NCBI GenBank assembly: GCA_013288555.1
Contig: JABDBQ010000002.1
Location: 51,313 to 115,312, forward strand
Source of the DNA: Bacteroidota bacterium
GTDB lineage: Bacteria; Bacteroidota; Bacteroidia; CAILMK01
Reading direction: 5' to 3'
Length of the DNA stretch: 64,000 nucleotides
Made by a program: the position numbers and the translations under genes. Positions 62,101 through 64,000 of the stretch are shown here, one piece after another. The notes beneath the pieces were generated by a model. It was not told where the DNA came from. It ran no database searches and worked only from the letters and a program-made list of their open reading frames with translations. How positions within the stretch are numbered: the first letter of the stretch is position 1; each line of letters opens with the position of its first letter.

Positions 62101-64000
62101 TTTATAGGGTGTCTGCAGTTTGCCATTAATGTTACAATGTATTGTAACCGAATCCAGTTGAGTATGACTATAATTTTGCAATATAACCTTTACAGGTTGC
62201 GTGGTACCCGGACAAAATTTTGATGAATAAATCAGAATGGAACTGATACCTGCATCATTAACCGGATCACCGAAATCTGCAAGAAAAGCACTAACAGATC
62301 CCAAATAACTTGATTGAAAAGCACCATGGGTGGCAATTCCATTGCTGGATCCGGTGTACCCTGATATATATATTTCAGTTCCACTTACTGCCACATCTTC
62401 GCCTTCAGTGTAGTTTCCCCCATAATAAGTACCCCATAACCTTTGTCCCAAACTGCTAAACGAAGCAAGAAATGAATTATCCCCTCCATTCGAATTGGCG
62501 CGATATGCCCCTGCAGAAGAGATATATGACTTGCCTTCGGTAGATCCTGTCATGTATATATTCCCCTGTTTGCTCTCGGCAATATTGGTACCAAAAGTTG
62601 TGGTATCGCCGTAATAGGTGCCCCATAATAATGAGCCTGTGGTATCAAATTTAGCCAGGAAGGCGTCTCCATCAGATCCCCCGAGATATGTTGTTAAAAA
62701 GGTTCCGTTGGTCGCGATACCTGTTGAACTGGTGGTTTGCCCGCATATATAAATATTGCTGTTTTTATCTAATATTATTCCGCCACAATACATATAATAC
62801 TGACCATAATACGTTCCCCAGATGCGATGTTTGCCATCGCCGGTAAATTTGACAATAAAAGCAGGAAAATATGTTGCCGAACCGGTACTTTGATAGGTAC
62901 CACTGGTGGCAATTCCTGAATCACTGTCTGTATTGCCATATAAATAAACATTGCCGGAAAGATCACTTGCCACTCCATAACCAGTTTCATAGTAGTTTCC
63001 TTTTAAATAGGTTCCCCATTGCAACGATCCGGAGTTGTTGAATTTGGCCAAAAAAGCTCCATAATCCTTTATTGAAGTTTCAAATGCTCCACTCGTGGCA
63101 ATCCCGGTTTTGCTACTTGAAGCTCCGGCTAAATATAAATTTCCGCTTGAATCAACAGATAACCCACCATTATATTCATCTTTATTGCCACCGTAAAAAG
63201 TACCCCATTTGCGGGTTCCGCTTGTGTCGAACTTAGCAAGAAAATCATCAACGCCTCCTGCACAGGATATCTGATAGGCGCCAGAGGTTGCAATTCCTGA
63301 AGAACCGCCTGCTAAGCCTGAAATATATATATAACCTTTGGCAGTAACCATATTTGTTACTGCTGCATCATAGTAAGTGGCCCATACCCGGGTTCCATCT
63401 TGCCTGAATTTTGTAAAAAACCCGCCGCCACCTGTTGATTGAAATGCACCACTTGTGGCAAGTCCTTTTGTGCTGGAATTAGCGCCCCCCAGATATATAT
63501 TGCCTGATGCATCGGTTGCCACGGCATATCCGTTTGAACCGCCATTTGAACCGTTAAAATAAGTGCCCCATACAATCCAGGGATCTATGACTAACGTCTT
63601 TGTTTTATTATAATTTCCGATATTGAAGCTGATTGTTTTTTCATTACTGATTTTGAAATTCCCCTGTATCGTTGATTTTCCCTGGTAAGATACCGGTGCA
63701 TTTTCACTCAGATCAAAGCTTTGAACCCCTTTATCATTGTTCGTCTCAAATGAATATAATATACTGCCATCATCCTTAAGATCAACGTCTTTTGGGCCAT
63801 TCCATTTTATTTGTATAACAGCCGGATTGCCTCCGGGATTTACAATAAAGCTATATTTCAATCCTTGTCCTTTGGGTTGCAACACGAGGTCTATTTGAGG
63901 ATAGATATTATGATATGTAATTGTTTTATACGTTCTTACATGGGTAACGCCCTCTTCCGGCAAACCTGAAAGATAAAAATTCTCATAAAAAGCCTGTCGG
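59128..64000 (-). CDS. Giant secreted SBBP beta-propeller-repeat / PKD-repeat protein with a T9SS type-A CTD; N-terminus lies beyond the window end
   Basis: At least 1611 aa in the window. More than 10 SBBP-like units (IATSGAFQ..), several PKD units (WNFGDH..NPAHSY), and a C-terminal KVYPNPF..GIYILKV sorting domain. Paralog of the gene at 1..2859. Confidence 0.85.
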   Translation of the reverse strand, partial: RQAFYENFYLSGLPEEGVTHVRTYKTITYHNIYPQIDLVLQPKGQGLKYSFIVNPGGNPAVIQIKWNGPKDVDLKDDGSILYSFETNNDKGVQSFDLSENAPVSYQGKSTIQGNFKISNEKTISFNIGNYNKTKTLVIDPWIVWGTYFNGSNGGSNGYAVATDASGNIYLGGANSSTKGLATSGAFQSTGGGGFFTKFRQDGTRVWATYYDAAVTNMVTAKGYIYISGLAGGSSGIATSGAYQISCAGGVDDFLAKFDTSGTRKWGTFYGGNKDEYNGGLSVDSSGNLYLAGASSSKTGIATSGAFETSIKDYGAFLAKFNNSGSLQWGTYLKGNYYETGYGVASDLSGNVYLYGNTDSDSGIATSGTYQSTGSATYFPAFIVKFTGDGKHRIWGTYYGQYYMYCGGIILDKNSNIYICGQTTSSTGIATNGTFLTTYLGGSDGDAFLAKFDTTGSLLWGTYYGDTTTFGTNIAESKQGNIYMTGSTEGKSYISSAGAYRANSNGGDNSFLASFSSLGQRLWGTYYGGNYTEGEDVAVSGTEIYISGYTGSSNGIATHGAFQSSYLGSVSAFLADFGDPVNDAGISSILIYSSKFCPGTTQPVKVILQNYSHTQLDSVTIHCNINGKLQTPYKWKGNIDYFGNDTVTIGNFYFPAINNTITAWTTNPNGVHDSDNNNDTSIVTIATFPLPTAFVGYDSAVCMGDSTFLGTDSIRGHSYTWSSNPVGFSSSKSKVATIPHAATTYYLTEKIKATGCTSSDSIKVVLKPFPKARFNVNDTVACLYGNSFAFKDSSTVSAGKIATWIYDFGDGSGSGTSNKNPSHTYLSDGTHKVILAVSTIYGCIDTTSKNVSIYPASKVAFAINKDTQCLSGNSFVFTSKSTNSFDSILSYKYDFGDGATSNSKNATHTYTSPGKYKVILNVTTDKGCVDTGSNTVTIEYQPVASFNVSGTRQCFASNYFQFTNKSSIAVGTLVSQVYDFGDYTTTSSANPDHTYTKPGTYKIKLVATSDHGCVDSFIKTVFVYPTPVASFKINDSSQCLSGNNFLFTDKTTSVDTVISWSWNFGDHNTSTSQNPAHSYSQPGTYTVFLQVKTKSACTDTISKTVEVHSDLSAAFQLVDSLPCHNGNNFHFKDLSSSADPISSWTWHFGDGDSSAVENPSHLFKKDGTYHISLTAATKFGCKSGSAQTRTITTSPVASFSIIKNTQCLTGNKFIFTNKSSALDSIVSAIWTFGDPAGNTKNPDTVNTQNASHSYGFPGTYPVTLFVKTKAGCTDSFSLPVKVLSNPTVSFHSEGTECFNSNSFTFQDLSSGGSQVIVKWKWSFGDGDSSSVQNPAHVYKSADLFHVQLTATTKEGCADSAKNTVTVNPSPVPQISGAIKVCLNTKAVYKTTLDTGTSYYWVFSGANIISRLDSNNIILDWTDTGRGYVLISETNFFGCQAKDSILVKVNPLPVALWKEHHADSTYIFQALDSSLSRTDYSWTLGDGSPLVKGYHAIHIFPKNKTYTVKLSVSDTDGCSSELDSNINVTISGIAGFITGGLNIKVYPNPFDENTIIECNTSSNTNLRINLYDMNGKLIGNIIDKYIQAGIYQWNIDVANYQLKKGIYILKVITPQGKTNYRLVKM

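Noticed and set aside
1-64000. tRNA, rRNA, tmRNA, RNase P and SRP RNA genes
   Set aside because: No T-loop GTTCGA-type motifs, cloverleaf-compatible segments or conserved ncRNA signature sequences were recognisable by eye. This cannot be excluded without covariance-model searches.

Overview
This 64 kb window looks like a Bacteroidota chromosome segment of roughly 40% GC. That call rests on T9SS C-terminal sorting domains, gliding-type type-B CTDs and PKD/SBBP surface proteins. No database search was possible, so everything below comes from reading motifs, repeats and ORF context by eye.

I call about 51 CDS. Both ends of the window carry giant paralogous SBBP/PKD secreted proteins on the minus strand; the one at the 3' end carries a type-A T9SS CTD, while the 5' copy is cut off before its C-terminus. 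There is also a 1476-aa PKD-rich protein with a type-B CTD.

Housekeeping genes are prfA, tyrS, lpdA and ilvE. An arginase-family/arginine-decarboxylase pair forms a polyamine module. There is a run of peptidoglycan hydrolase and recycling genes (GH73-LysM, M23, NlpC/P60, NagZ-beta-lactamase fusion). Other calls include a SulP transporter, a 1251-aa orphan sensor kinase, a RelE/ParE toxin-antitoxin pair, a GH25 lysozyme and an EF-G paralog.

The accessory-looking content is:
- an AT-rich islet at about 5.4-6.96 kb with a REP-associated tyrosine transposase (RAYT) flanked by ATCCC-N3-4-GGGAT hairpins and an orphan 277-aa gene with an R-x5-H (HEPN-like) motif;
- three tandem outer-membrane beta-barrel genes, with a conserved 47-nt hairpin element upstream of two of them, next to a large HTH regulator;
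- an orphan proteasome-fold (Ntn-hydrolase, HslV/Anbu-like) gene beside a 655-bp repeat-dense gene-free region;
- a 226-bp MITE-like inverted-repeat element abutting the lpdA start;
- a small lipoprotein gene bracketed by 109-bp direct repeats;
- several short dispersed repeat families.

I found no CRISPR array, tRNA or rRNA. I could not identify one clear-cut undescribed system. The best candidates are ranked in the findings.
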